Counted from the stretch's first letter, positions 37,890 to 48,596 are shown. The stretch: 64,000 bases of DNA from Acidiferrobacteraceae bacterium (GCA_018698075.1 JABINT010000024.1:1929-65928), one strand, 5' to 3'. Translations and numbers: made by a program. The notes: generated from the letters alone by a model not told the origin.

Positions 37890-38645
37890 ATGCTCAACGA
37901 GATAGATCTTCAGATCGTTGCCTGGTGCACATTCGCGTTTTTGTGCGGGGGATTAATAAAGGGCTCACTGGGTGTCGGCACGCCGTTGCTCACCGTTCCA
38001 TTGATGGCATTGGTTCTACCGGTGCAAACGGCGGTCGTACTGATGGCGCTCCCCGTGGTCTTTGCTAATGTTTGGCAGGCCTTCCAGGCTAAACAGATTT
38101 CCTCGGCCGTTTCCCGCTTCTGGCCATCATTTTTGGCAATCCTCGTTGGAACCTATGCCGGTGTCGTAATACTCTCTAGTATTGATGAGCGCTCCCTCTT
38201 ACTGGCCGTCGGTCTTTTAGTTATTGCTTTTGCTGTGTTGCAAGGGTCCGCGTACAAACTGCACCTTTCCAGGGCTTTCGAGAAACCGGCAGGCCTGGTG
38301 TTCGGGTTGGCCAGCGGAGTCATAGGCGGGCTCTCGTCAATGTTTGGGCCAATGTTGATCATCTATCTGGTTTCTATCCCCGGGCTAGGAAAAGAACGCT
38401 TCGTCGCTTCGATCAGCTTCTTATATCTTGCGTGTGTGATCCCATGGACTCTAATACTGTTGTGGTTCGAGATTCTTGACGGAAGGTTGGCCATACTTTC
38501 GGCAGCTGCCATTTTGCCCGTTGGTGTTGGCATGGCTCTTGGCGCGAAGGTGCGTGAGCGGGTCAGCGACCAGCGCTTTCACCGTCTGGTGTTGGTAGTT
38601 CTCATGCTTTCGGGCGGCACAATGTTGTGGCGCGCGCTGGCTTAA
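37890..38645 (+). CDS. Sulfite exporter TauE/SafE family protein
   Basis: GGLIKGSLGVG, SGVIGGLSSMFGP, about 8 TM. Confidence 0.88.
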   Translation: MLNEIDLQIVAWCTFAFLCGGLIKGSLGVGTPLLTVPLMALVLPVQTAVVLMALPVVFANVWQAFQAKQISSAVSRFWPSFLAILVGTYAGVVILSSIDERSLLLAVGLLVIAFAVLQGSAYKLHLSRAFEKPAGLVFGLASGVIGGLSSMFGPMLIIYLVSIPGLGKERFVASISFLYLACVIPWTLILLWFEILDGRLAILSAAAILPVGVGMALGAKVRERVSDQRFHRLVLVVLMLSGGTMLWRALA

Positions 38646-38787
38646 GATGATTAATGGCGAATCTCCAGCGGTGCTCCGCTGGCAAAGACGCGAAAACCAA
38701 AATAGTGATTCGTTTTAGCTGGAGTTATACGAACACGATGCTCGATTCATATGGGTGGTCGAAAACCTGTGACCATCTTCGGCGCAG

Positions 38788-40218
38788 ATGTTATCGTTGA
38801 ATGCCATGTCCGATTTAGATCTTTTATACACGCCTGCGCATCAGCTTGCGCGCGACATCCGGCGAAAGACCTTGTCGCCGACGGAACTTATGCAGGCTTG
38901 CCTGACTCGTATCGATGAGGTCAACGACACCCTGAACTGCTTTTGTTTCATCTATCATGATGAAGCCATGGAATTGGCCAAGCAGGCTGAGCAGGCGTTG
39001 ATGACCAACACCAACATAGGACCGCTGCACGGACTGCCTTTTGGCGTCAAGGATGTAACGCCGGTAGCAGCTAAGGTGATGACCAGGGGTTCGGCGATGT
39101 ACGAACACCATGTGCCCAACGAGGATGCTCTTATCGTGCGGCGCTTCAAACAGGCCGGGGCGATTGTGATTGGAAAAACCACAACGCCTGAGTTCGCCCA
39201 CAGTAGTTTCACTGAAAGTCCACTTTGGGGTAGAACCTCCAACCCTTGGAACGTGAACCGCACGCCCGGCGGGTCGTCGGGAGGGTCGGCCGCAGCGGTA
39301 GCAAGCGGATGCGTACCGTTGGCGGAAGGCACGGACATGGGCGGTTCGGTGCGTATCCCAGCCTCCTTCTGCGGCATCGTTGGCTTAAAACCCAGCCTGG
39401 GCCGTATTCCGATGGATATCCTGCCTACGGTTTTCGACAACATCTCACATTTCGGTCCGCTGGCAAGAAACATCAGCGATGCCAATCTGTTCATGAATAT
39501 TGCCGGCGGTCCCGACGAGCGGGACATTATGTCCTTGCCTGACAAGATCGAGTTCCCGATACCGGCGGATTCGAATGTAAGGGGACTGCGTATCGCGCTG
39601 TCCGTCGATCTGGGTTATTACGCCGTTGACCCCGAGGTTGAGGCTGCGGTTCGCCGATGCGCCGAGGTCCTGCAGGGCCTGGGTGTGGAGGTACAGGAAG
39701 TGAACCTCGACTGGCGTCACGAATACAACGATATCTGGTATGACGCATGGGGGGTGTATCTGGACGTGTGCTTTACCCAGAATTTTGAGGCCTGGCGAGA
39801 CAAGATGGACCCATCGGTAGTGAAACTCATCGAGCGTGGGCGATCGATAGACGCGACAACGTATAAACGTTTCGAGGTGTTGCGTACCGAACAGTGGCAC
39901 CAATTGTGCCGGGTTTTTGACAAGTACGATGCTTTGATTGCGCCTACCATGGCCCATCCTGCGGCCCCCCACGGGCAGTCGGATGAGGATTACGACGGAT
40001 TGGACGCACAAGGCAGATACAAAGGCTTGGATATGACGTGCCCTTTTAATCAGGTGGGCCAGTGTCCGGCCCTGTCCGTGCCTGCTGGATTCAGTGCGGA
40101 TGGTTTGCCCATTGGGCTACAGGTAGTGGGGCACCGGTTCGACGATTTGACCGTCATGCGCATAGGAGCTGCGCTGGAAGAAGTCTTGCGTTTAGATCAG
40201 GCGAGGCCCGGCATTTAA
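38788..40218 (+). CDS. Amidase (amidase signature family)
   Basis: GPLHGLPFGVKD, GKTTTPEF, PGGSSGGSAAAV, GTDMGGSVRIPAS; start may be 38806. Confidence 0.92.
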   Translation: MLSLNAMSDLDLLYTPAHQLARDIRRKTLSPTELMQACLTRIDEVNDTLNCFCFIYHDEAMELAKQAEQALMTNTNIGPLHGLPFGVKDVTPVAAKVMTRGSAMYEHHVPNEDALIVRRFKQAGAIVIGKTTTPEFAHSSFTESPLWGRTSNPWNVNRTPGGSSGGSAAAVASGCVPLAEGTDMGGSVRIPASFCGIVGLKPSLGRIPMDILPTVFDNISHFGPLARNISDANLFMNIAGGPDERDIMSLPDKIEFPIPADSNVRGLRIALSVDLGYYAVDPEVEAAVRRCAEVLQGLGVEVQEVNLDWRHEYNDIWYDAWGVYLDVCFTQNFEAWRDKMDPSVVKLIERGRSIDATTYKRFEVLRTEQWHQLCRVFDKYDALIAPTMAHPAAPHGQSDEDYDGLDAQGRYKGLDMTCPFNQVGQCPALSVPAGFSADGLPIGLQVVGHRFDDLTVMRIGAALEEVLRLDQARPGI

Positions 40219-40560
40219 CCGCTCGGATCGCTACGAATATCTTGACGTCGAAAGTTCCGTACCCAGAATCACCTTGGCCTGCTAGAACCTGGTTATGTCC
40301 CGCGAGTTAAGCCGGCGCATGGCACTTGAATAGGATCCCAAAATGAGGAGATCTCGACCTCAGCCGTTATGCGCAACAACAGCATGAGGCGACGTGGCGA
40401 GCTCAATTAACGAGCCTTATGTCGAGCCTCAATGGCGGATCTTTTGCAGTGTTGATGACATCATTTACAGTGCTCATTGAAGGAAGAACCTTGCATCGTC
40501 CTGAGAGCGCCTCCTGGACTGCTCAGTTCTACAAGGAGTGCCCGTCTCTTAGCCGAGCAG

Positions 40561-41394
40561 TCAATCAATCTTAAGGGCTTTCAAGGCGCGCAGCGACGTG
40601 AGTAGAGCATCGTCCAGCGGTGCGTGCGCCACAGTTGGGTGTTCTGACACCGCATCCAGGGCAGACTGGACGTCTTTCTCTACGATGCCAATGGTGTTTG
40701 AGGCGGAATATCCTTCGCCGGCCCAGTCGATCTGAGCGATGCGATCGGCGAACCAGTTTGAACCCGAACTCACTTTCATGACGTTCAAAAGCGCTCGCTG
40801 GTCAAACTGGAGCGCCCGCGCCATGCCGAGCACTCTGTGGGTTGCAACCACCGAGGTGGCCGCACAGTAGTTGTTGAGTACTTTGGCCGTCATACCCATG
40901 GAAGCCGGCCCCATCCGGAAGATGTCCTCCCCCATCACCTTAAACAGCGGGGTAAGTCGTTCAAGCACATCGTCCGGCCCTCCCAGCATGAATGAGAGGG
41001 TGCCGTTTCTGGCCCGGTAAGGCGCACCACTCATCGGCGCATCGATCAGTGTCAGGCCCTCCGGCAGTTCCTCAGACAAGTCCCGAATGAAACGCGGTGA
41101 CAACGTGGAACTGATGACCAGAACCTCCGGGGTCTGTAATCCTTTTACGATGCCCTGTGAATCACCAAACAACAGTGCGCGAGTCTGCGCCGCGTCTCGA
41201 ACTACTGAGATCACGATGTTACAGCGCCCGGAAAACTCGGCTGCATCTGCCACCATACGGCTGGCAAATCCATCAAACTCATTTGCCGGCCTTACATCGT
41301 GACCCCAGACCTCATAACCGGCAGCGGCCAGACGCTGGGCCATTGGTAACCCCATTGCGCCGCAGCCGGCAACGCCGACAACATCCTTGCCCAT
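40561..41394 (-). CDS. NAD(P)-dependent beta-hydroxyacid dehydrogenase family
   Basis: GVAGCGAMGLPMA, DAPMSG, AKVLNN. Confidence 0.85.
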   Translation of the reverse strand: MGKDVVGVAGCGAMGLPMAQRLAAAGYEVWGHDVRPANEFDGFASRMVADAAEFSGRCNIVISVVRDAAQTRALLFGDSQGIVKGLQTPEVLVISSTLSPRFIRDLSEELPEGLTLIDAPMSGAPYRARNGTLSFMLGGPDDVLERLTPLFKVMGEDIFRMGPASMGMTAKVLNNYCAATSVVATHRVLGMARALQFDQRALLNVMKVSSGSNWFADRIAQIDWAGEGYSASNTIGIVEKDVQSALDAVSEHPTVAHAPLDDALLTSLRALKALKID

Positions 41395-41543
41395 GTCCTG
41401 CTCTCCTTTTTGTTACCGAATGTCGGCTTTGTCCAGTGCGTGATCTTGGCCCACAAAGCCGGTAGGACAGGCTCCATTGGCAGTGCCCTGCGGCTGACTC
41501 ATGCCTATCACGCTACGTTGCAAACTCAACCCTATCCAAAACC

Positions 41544-42386
41544 TCAACGATTACTGGGATTCTGATCCAGGCGCACGATCTGGCCTATTCCCGGATTTGT
41601 GGTGCCTGGGTAGCGCGTCATCACCAGGGGATCATGGCCGGGCACAATATGATCTGCGGTGCTGGCAAGTTGGCGAAGCTTGTCAAATCCTCTAAGCATG
41701 TCGGCAGCGTTATAAACGATCGGAAACGGCGCGTGGCCCTCAAAATTGGCATAAAAATGACTGGCATCGCTGGCCAACACTACCCAGCCTCGCTCTGTCA
41801 TTACCCGGACGCACTGCATACCCATCGTATGTCCACCCACATGATGAACGCTGATACCAGGCGCTATCTCACTGTCTCCTGCGTGAAAAACAACCCGCCC
41901 CCTGTATACGTTTCGCACCATCTGAACCACATGATCCACCGTATAGGCGCCAGCCAAATAGCCATGACCCATATGCGGACCAGTCGCATACTGCATCTCG
42001 AGTTCCTGGAGATGAAACCGGGCAGTCGGAAAATCATCGAGTGAGCCTGCATGGTCATAATGCAGATGGGTTACGATGACGTCCTGTACCTGCCGTGTAT
42101 CGATCCCCATGCCTGCCAAGCCTTGCGCAGGTGACTTATCGTATTCGCACTGCCAGATGCCACCGGAGGCTTCGGTCCGGCGACTCCATTCGGCTTTATC
42201 AAAACCGGTGTCTACGACTACAGTCCTATTGGCGTTTTTTAAAACCCATACATAGTAGGCAATGGGTTCATCCTGATCGTGCATGGGGTCTGTCCAGGCA
42301 CTGCCAATAAAATTCTCGTGGTGTTTTCTATTTGTACGAACTGCATAACACAACGCAGAAATTGCATAAGACTCAGGATCAGCCAT
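41544..42386 (-). CDS. Metallo-beta-lactamase fold hydrolase, N-acyl homoserine lactonase family
   Basis: VVDTGF, THLHYDHAG, GGHTMG, ASDASHFY, PGHD; GGAG RBS before MADPESY. Confidence 0.82.
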   Translation of the reverse strand: MADPESYAISALCYAVRTNRKHHENFIGSAWTDPMHDQDEPIAYYVWVLKNANRTVVVDTGFDKAEWSRRTEASGGIWQCEYDKSPAQGLAGMGIDTRQVQDVIVTHLHYDHAGSLDDFPTARFHLQELEMQYATGPHMGHGYLAGAYTVDHVVQMVRNVYRGRVVFHAGDSEIAPGISVHHVGGHTMGMQCVRVMTERGWVVLASDASHFYANFEGHAPFPIVYNAADMLRGFDKLRQLASTADHIVPGHDPLVMTRYPGTTNPGIGQIVRLDQNPSNR

Positions 42387-42567
42387 GATATTTTCTCCAG
42401 GATGAGCTATTGTTGTCTGCCAAACCGGAACGCGATTTTCTGGACCCGGATACCTGGTGTGAGAGTCTACAGGGCCTTGGTGCACCGCAGACGTGCTGGA
42501 GTACCAGAGTTCGCCGGCCTGTGAAGTATCACTGAATCACTGCAAAGATTAACAGGGTAATTAATTG

Positions 42568-43452
42568 ATGAAGACACGGAAAACCATCGGCGTTGTCGGG
42601 CTGGGAAATATGGGTTACCCCATAGCCGAAAATCTGATAAAGGCGGGATACGATATCGCGGGGTACGAGATCGATCAGTTGCGGCGCAAGCCCAGAGAGC
42701 ATTTAGTATACGTCGATAGCCTGGGGGATTTGATCCGGCAAACCACGGTACTACTACTTAGCCTGCCCGACCGGCATGCTGTCCAGGGAGTCGTTGAACA
42801 GTTGTTAAACGACCATGGACCGGGTCCGATAACCATCGTGGATACGTCGACTATCGGCGCTAAAGCAAGCCAGTCGATCGCAAACCTCGTTCGTAACTCT
42901 GAACTCAAGTATCTGGATAGCCCAGTATCCGGTGGTGTTCGAGGTGCTGTTGCCGGCACACTCGCCGTAATATGCGCTGGATCGAAGGCCTTATACGATG
43001 AAATGCTGCCCATTCTCGAGTGCTTCAGCGCCAACCAATTTTTGGTCGGGCCTGAACCCGGTCAAGCTCAGACACTCAAGGTGCTGAATAACTTCCTGTC
43101 CGCGACCGCGCTTGTAGCATCCAGCGAAGCGCTGCACTATGGACAGGCGCAGGGCCTCGATCTGCAGAAAATGTGTGATGTCATCAACGTCTCTACTGGG
43201 ATGAATACCGCGACTCTGGACAAAGTGCCGCGCCAGGTAGTAACCGGTCTCTTTAATACTGGTTTTAGCAATTCACTAATGTTCAAAGACATTTCTCTTT
43301 ATCTTGAAGGCTGCAATGAAGCGGGGACAACGGGTGAGGTCAGCCGCACCGTGGTCCAATTGTGGGATGATTTTGTAGCATCGTCTCCCAACGACGATGC
43401 AACGTGCATATTCAAGTTTACGGACAAGTCGGCCCAGATTACTGACTTGTGA
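42568..43452 (+). CDS. 3-hydroxyisobutyrate dehydrogenase family oxidoreductase
   Basis: GVVGLGNMGYPIA, DSPVSGG, LKVLNN. Confidence 0.87.
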   Translation: MKTRKTIGVVGLGNMGYPIAENLIKAGYDIAGYEIDQLRRKPREHLVYVDSLGDLIRQTTVLLLSLPDRHAVQGVVEQLLNDHGPGPITIVDTSTIGAKASQSIANLVRNSELKYLDSPVSGGVRGAVAGTLAVICAGSKALYDEMLPILECFSANQFLVGPEPGQAQTLKVLNNFLSATALVASSEALHYGQAQGLDLQKMCDVINVSTGMNTATLDKVPRQVVTGLFNTGFSNSLMFKDISLYLEGCNEAGTTGEVSRTVVQLWDDFVASSPNDDATCIFKFTDKSAQITDL

Positions 43453-43810
43453 AAACCTGTATCGATCAGGGTTGCAAACCCATGCTGATCAGCGGATATC
43501 CAAGCCCAAAAATACTGATAAGGTAAACCAATTTAGGAGCGGGATACAGCCCAGAGTCGTTGGGTTCACTGCTGCCCAAAGTGACTACCGGTTATGGTCT
43601 GGCTGACACTGATGTAAGTAAATAACGCATTATCGAATGAATGTTGAATGAATGTCGAATGAATATGCCCATCCAGCCAGGCTTCTCATCAATCACTTTT
43701 TGTTTGCAGTCGAGCCTTTTCACTTTCTGAACCGAGCACGGCCGGTGTATCATCAATCTGATCAATAAACCGGCAGTGCACGCTGACAACTAAATTCGGA
43801 CAATCATTTT

Positions 43811-44737
43811 ATGGAACACGATATTAAGCATCATCTTGATCAACTTCCCTCTAGCGGAATCTGGTGCGCGGCGCTCACGCCACTGCAGGCCGATCTTTCA
43901 GTCGATTGTGCCCGCCTGGCGCAACATGCGAGATTCCTCCTTAACAACGGTTGTCATGGCATCGGGCTTTTCGGCACTACGGGGGAGGCCAATGCATTTT
44001 CTGTAGCGGAGAGAATGGCCGCCCTCGAGTCGCTACTTGGCGATGGCCTATCACCTAACACTCTGATGGTCGGCACGGGGTGCTGCGCGCTCACTGATAC
44101 CGTTTCTCTAACTCGGCACGCGATCGAGCACGGTGTCAATAAGATACTGGCGTTGCCACCGTTTTATTATAAGAATGTCACAGACGATGGCCTTTTTCGC
44201 AGTTTCGCCCAAGTCATTGATCGAACGGCCAGCGACGAGCTCGAGCTCTACCTTTACCACTTTCCGGCTGTGTCCCAGACGCCGATCTCCGCAGACTTAA
44301 TAGCCATGCTTTGTGAGCATTTCCCAGAAACCATTGCCGGGGTTAAAGACAGCTCCAGTGATCTTGAACATACCCTCAAGCTCGCTTCTCGGTTTCCGCA
44401 GATTGCTATCTTCCCGGGCAACGAGACACATCTTCTCGCGACCCTGGAAAATGGTTGTGCAGGCTGTATCTCAGCGACAGCCAATGCCAACCCTCAGGGT
44501 ATTCGGAAAATATTTGACAGTTGCCTTAGTGGCGATTCATCAGCGCCTGCCCTGCAGGAGCAAGCCTTTGCCATCCGCGAAGTATTTGGCCGACACCCCC
44601 TGGTTTCCGCTCTTAAACAGCACGCCGCCTGGTCATCCGGTGATGACGCCTGGCTGCGGCTTCGTCCCCCTCTGACTCCCCTGGATAACAAAGCTGCGGC
44701 AGCGTTGCAATCGGATCTAGATCAGACCACCCTTTGA
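43811..44737 (+). CDS. Dihydrodipicolinate synthase (DapA/NAL) family aldolase
   Basis: GTTGEA, PPFYY, YLYHFP, GVKDSS, GCISATAN. Confidence 0.88.
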   Translation: MEHDIKHHLDQLPSSGIWCAALTPLQADLSVDCARLAQHARFLLNNGCHGIGLFGTTGEANAFSVAERMAALESLLGDGLSPNTLMVGTGCCALTDTVSLTRHAIEHGVNKILALPPFYYKNVTDDGLFRSFAQVIDRTASDELELYLYHFPAVSQTPISADLIAMLCEHFPETIAGVKDSSSDLEHTLKLASRFPQIAIFPGNETHLLATLENGCAGCISATANANPQGIRKIFDSCLSGDSSAPALQEQAFAIREVFGRHPLVSALKQHAAWSSGDDAWLRLRPPLTPLDNKAAAALQSDLDQTTL

Positions 44738-44976
44738 TCTGATCTTTTTCATAGGCGTGACCCAATATGTTGTGCCCAAAAAGGCTCGAACTGGTTGCTA
44801 AATTATTGAATCGTTAACGTAAGTTCCGTAACTCTCAAATAGTCGACCTCTAGAGTGCCGGGCTTGGCTGGACTTCAGTCGATCCAAGCAAATTAGAAAA
44901 GACGGTGTTGGCCAAATCGCGTCAGAATGAGCAAAGTGATTGACAGAACGGCCCACCCGGGCAGGGAGACTCATCG

Positions 44977-46113
44977 ATGTACGATCTGGTTTTAAAACAG
45001 GCACGCGTGATCGATCCTCAGGCAGGTCTTGATAAGGTCTGTGATATTGCTTTTAAGGGCAGTTCTGTTGCCATTATTCAGGATACTATTCCTGCCAGCG
45101 CGGCGCTAGAGAGTCACGATCTGACCGGTTGCCTGGTTGTACCAGGATTGATTGACCTGCACACGCATGTTTATTGGGGCGGTGCAGCAATCGGTATTGA
45201 GCCCGATAGTTATGCAAAGGCATCCGGTTTAAGCACATTGATCGATGCGGGAACTGCCGGCCCGGGGAACTTTACCGGCTTTCTAAAGCATGTCATCGAA
45301 CCTGCCGAAACGCGGATTCTTGCATTTCTTAATATTTCATTCCCGGGCATATTTGCGTTCAGTAAGGAGGTCATGGTCGGAGAGTGCGGCGATCTACGGC
45401 TGTTGAATCCTGCCGCATGTCTAAACATTGCGTCGCTTTATCCCGACGACATTGTAGGAATAAAAGTTCGGGTGGGTATGACGGCAAGCGACGGACAAGG
45501 CCCAGCGCCGCTGGATCTGGCGTTGGAAGTGGCAGACGAGTTGGGCCTGCCCGTGATGTGCCATCTCGACAACCCACCTCCCAGCCGTTTGGAAGTCGTC
45601 TCCCGCTTGCGTAAAGGCGATATTCTGACTCATTGTTTTCGCCCGTTTCCTAACGCCCCTGCCAGAATGCGAGATGGCGCTGTTCGCGAAGAAATCATTG
45701 CAGCAAGGGAGCGGGGTGTCATATTCGATATCGGACACGGACAGGGGTCGTTCGGATTTGTCACGGCAGAAGCGATGATCAGTGCTGGTTTTTTGCCCGA
45801 GTGCATTTCAAGTGATGTGCATGTGTTGAGCATAGATGGCAGTGCGCAGAGTCAGCTCAATACACTATCAAAGTTTCTTGCACTCGGGGTTTCTTTAAAT
45901 GATGTCATCGCAGCCAGTACCAGTGGTCCGGCAACTGCCATCGGCCGACCCGAGTTGGGGTCTTTAACGCCGGGCAGTCCGGGCGATGCGACTGTTTTGC
46001 ATCTAAATGAAGGCAATTTCGAGTTCACCGATGTACAAGGCCTCATCCGTACAGGTAATACGCAGCTAACCGGTTATGCAAGGGTGCTCGGTGGGCGCTG
46101 GCACAATCCCTGA
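44977..46113 (+). CDS. Amidohydrolase/deacetylase family metallohydrolase (dihydroorotase-like)
   Basis: PGLIDLHTH, DAGTAG, GIKVR, MCH, THCF, DIGHG, ISSDVH. Confidence 0.87.
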   Translation: MYDLVLKQARVIDPQAGLDKVCDIAFKGSSVAIIQDTIPASAALESHDLTGCLVVPGLIDLHTHVYWGGAAIGIEPDSYAKASGLSTLIDAGTAGPGNFTGFLKHVIEPAETRILAFLNISFPGIFAFSKEVMVGECGDLRLLNPAACLNIASLYPDDIVGIKVRVGMTASDGQGPAPLDLALEVADELGLPVMCHLDNPPPSRLEVVSRLRKGDILTHCFRPFPNAPARMRDGAVREEIIAARERGVIFDIGHGQGSFGFVTAEAMISAGFLPECISSDVHVLSIDGSAQSQLNTLSKFLALGVSLNDVIAASTSGPATAIGRPELGSLTPGSPGDATVLHLNEGNFEFTDVQGLIRTGNTQLTGYARVLGGRWHNP

Positions 46114-46296
46114 AATTTGTGCGGCAGTGCTACCAGGCGGCATCCTATATGTAGACTGCGGATCTTTATTTGATTGATAACTTGTAAAGTGGGATGCTAT
46201 TCCCACTACGGGTATCACCGGTCAGGCAAAAGCGGCCTAAGCACAGCCCAGGTGCTTAATTAAGGTAAAGCGGTACGAAGTTATGGAGAAAACGAG

Positions 46297-46692
46297 ATGA
46301 TTACTAAAGGCATTAAAGCGTTGTGCGCCGAAGCCGAGAAAGAAGTGGAAACCTGGTCTCTTGATCAAGTGTATTCTCATCTGGAAGACGATGATGTCGT
46401 CCTCGTCGATATTCGTGATATTCGTGAACTGTGGCGTGACGGAGCCATACCCGGCGCTATCCATGCGCCGCGCGGCATGCTGGAATTCTGGGTCGATCCA
46501 GACAGTCCCTACGCGCGTGATGTGTTCCAGTCGGGTAAGCGATTTGTCTTTTTTTGCGCTGGCGCGATGCGCTCGGCGTTAGCCGCCCAGTCGGTTCAGG
46601 CCATGGGTTTGAGTCCAGTCTGTCACATGGCAGGGGGCTACGCACAGTGGAAGAAACAGGGTTTTCCGACCGAGGCCAAGGAAAAGAAATAA
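46297..46692 (+). CDS. Rhodanese-like domain protein
   Basis: VDIRD, GAIPGA, RGMLEFW, CAGAMRS, GGYAQW. Confidence 0.9.
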   Translation: MITKGIKALCAEAEKEVETWSLDQVYSHLEDDDVVLVDIRDIRELWRDGAIPGAIHAPRGMLEFWVDPDSPYARDVFQSGKRFVFFCAGAMRSALAAQSVQAMGLSPVCHMAGGYAQWKKQGFPTEAKEKK

Positions 46693-46714
46693 CGACCCTA
46701 GAAGGGAGTGGGTG

Positions 46715-47025
46715 ATGAACAAAAAAGAACACGGATTACTCTGGTCGAGCTAATCATCGTAGTAGCGCTCATTGGTATTTTGTTTGCAATCATGCGGCCG
46801 CAGTGCCAGAACCATCAGACACGAGGCAAAGTGGCCGAGGCGCTTGTTTTTAGTACGAGCGCCCAGCGTGCGCTTGTGTCTATTTACAACAACAACGGTA
46901 TATATGTAACCCCTTAGCAACGGCCAGGCTAACCTGCGTGAAAAGGGCTCCTTACCCAGCACATCCATAAAACGCATAGAGGTTTTGGGCGTAAGTGGCG
47001 GGTGGTCTACGACAGGTGTTTGTTA
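46715..47025 (+). pseudogene. Type IV major pilin pseudogene
   Basis: ATG AAC AAA AAA GAA CAC GGA TT ACT CTG GTC GAG reads MNKKEHG[F]TLVELIIVVALIGIL if one T is restored; second break at TAG 46915..46917. Confidence 0.75.
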
Positions 47026-47748
47026 GGCCTCTGGAGCGACGGATAGCCCTTTTACCCGGTGATGAGAAATTAATTGCGCTATTAACCCCGAGGTTTTGGC
47101 GGTCTCGATAAATGATCGAAGATAAGCTGCGCCATCCTTACGATCGGCAGGGGTACCAACGGCTTGTTGAACCGCAGTAAATTGGCCTTCGAGTAGCCGC
47201 GCCTGCCCAAGGGTTTCGACATCAGACAACAAACGTGGTTTGAGCCCAGCCAGAGCGTCGAGACCTTCTCGAACGAAAAGCTCATATGACGCATCGAGTC
47301 CCTCAGCGCGGACCAGTTTGGCGTGCTTCAGATGACGCGTAAGGTATAAGTCGTAGGCGCTCCGGGCAGAGACGGCAATCTGAATCCCCGGTCGATCGAT
47401 GTCTTCAAGTTGTTTTAAAGGCGAGTCCTCGAGGACAAGGTAGGTGGCTTCGATCTCGACGTACGCGGCGGTAAATTTAATATGCTCGGCCCGAGCAGGT
47501 TCTGCGCCAATCAGCCCGATGTCCCAGGCGCCGTCATTGACCGCATCGGCCAACTCCCCCGGCGTGGCGAAAGGCACGTACTCGATACCGACCCCCAGGT
47601 CATCTGCGATGGCAGCGGCCAAATCGGGCGCTACCCCATCAGGGTCTCCATTGGGTTTTTTGCCTGTTACCAGAAGAAAGTTCGCGACGTTGATGGCGGC
47701 GCGTAAAGTGCCGGTGGGCGCAAGCTCCATAGCGACTGGATTGGACAT
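47023..47748 (-). CDS. ABC-type substrate-binding protein (family 3 fold)
   Basis: ELAPTGTLRAAIN, DIDRPGIQIAV, SAYDLYLTR; likely start MSNPVAMEL. Confidence 0.82.
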   Translation of the reverse strand: MSNPVAMELAPTGTLRAAINVANFLLVTGKKPNGDPDGVAPDLAAAIADDLGVGIEYVPFATPGELADAVNDGAWDIGLIGAEPARAEHIKFTAAYVEIEATYLVLEDSPLKQLEDIDRPGIQIAVSARSAYDLYLTRHLKHAKLVRAEGLDASYELFVREGLDALAGLKPRLLSDVETLGQARLLEGQFTAVQQAVGTPADRKDGAAYLRSFIETAKTSGLIAQLISHHRVKGLSVAPEA

Positions 47749-48009
47749 AAGATTCACTTTCAATAATAAGGCGTTAGACCGAGATTGTAAGCGCTTGCCT
47801 GTATCGCGTCTTCGGTTGGGCTGAGAACCACTAGCCTGTGATGCAAGGGGGTTCAACCCCGTTTAGCAATGAATACGCGTCCCGCGGTGCCCGTCTTGAC
47901 ATGATGTTGCACGCAAACATGGATGCTCAACGCGTTGATCGAGCGACACCATACGCCAATAATCCCCGGGTCGGCCTAGCGCCGGACATGGCGCACACGC
48001 GCCAGCGAT

Positions 48010-48249
48010 TTATTTTGGCGCGATTATTCTATGTTCAATCAACCAACCATAGACTTGGATGGAGCCTACAAAAAGTGTCGCAGTAATGGCGCAGATGCAC
48101 ATCGCATATATCACCATCACCAATCGCGCTTGAAAGGAACTTCTGGCCTTTAACTCATCGTAACCTTTGAAGAATGTGCTTATTCCAAAATCATTATTGG
48201 AAATCAGTGCATTGCCCCATTTCTCCAGGAATGAAAACAGAAAATTCAT
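48010..48249 (-). CDS. Small hypothetical membrane protein
   Basis: MNFLFSFLEKW..., 79 aa with one C-terminal hydrophobic segment; no clear RBS. Confidence 0.35.
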   Translation of the reverse strand: MNFLFSFLEKWGNALISNNDFGISTFFKGYDELKARSSFQARLVMVIYAMCICAITATLFVGSIQVYGWLIEHRIIAPK

Positions 48250-48476
48250 CGAGCTATTGTTGAAGTGAGATTTATAAGGGAAGGTTAGGATGAATGAGGG
48301 GGGGGTTAAAAGTGCCCGCCCCTCCAAGCGTACCGCCACTAATCATCTCCAACTCAAAGTCTGCCAGATCACCATCTTGCCCCAGAAAGTCTGGCGTGTC
48401 GGGTCTAATCATCTCGGGTGACGGTATAACCCTGATTCTTCGCCATCGTTACAATACCTGAATCGCCCCCAATTCT

Positions 48477-48596
48477 CTAGACAATCGCCCGCCGCTTGGC
48501 ATCGACAAGTCGGCTGAATGTCTTAGTAACGAGAGGGCACTGATCTTTGCGAATCTGGACCTGGTAGCGGCCATTTCGCTTGCGAATCGTTGCCAT
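48477..48596 (-). pseudogene. Truncated tyrosine integrase (N-terminal stump)
   Basis: GAGGAG RBS then MATIRKRNGRYQVQIRKDQCPLVTKTFSRLVDAKRRAIV*, typical phage-integrase N-terminus, 100 bp from the tRNA-Val 3' end. Confidence 0.75.
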
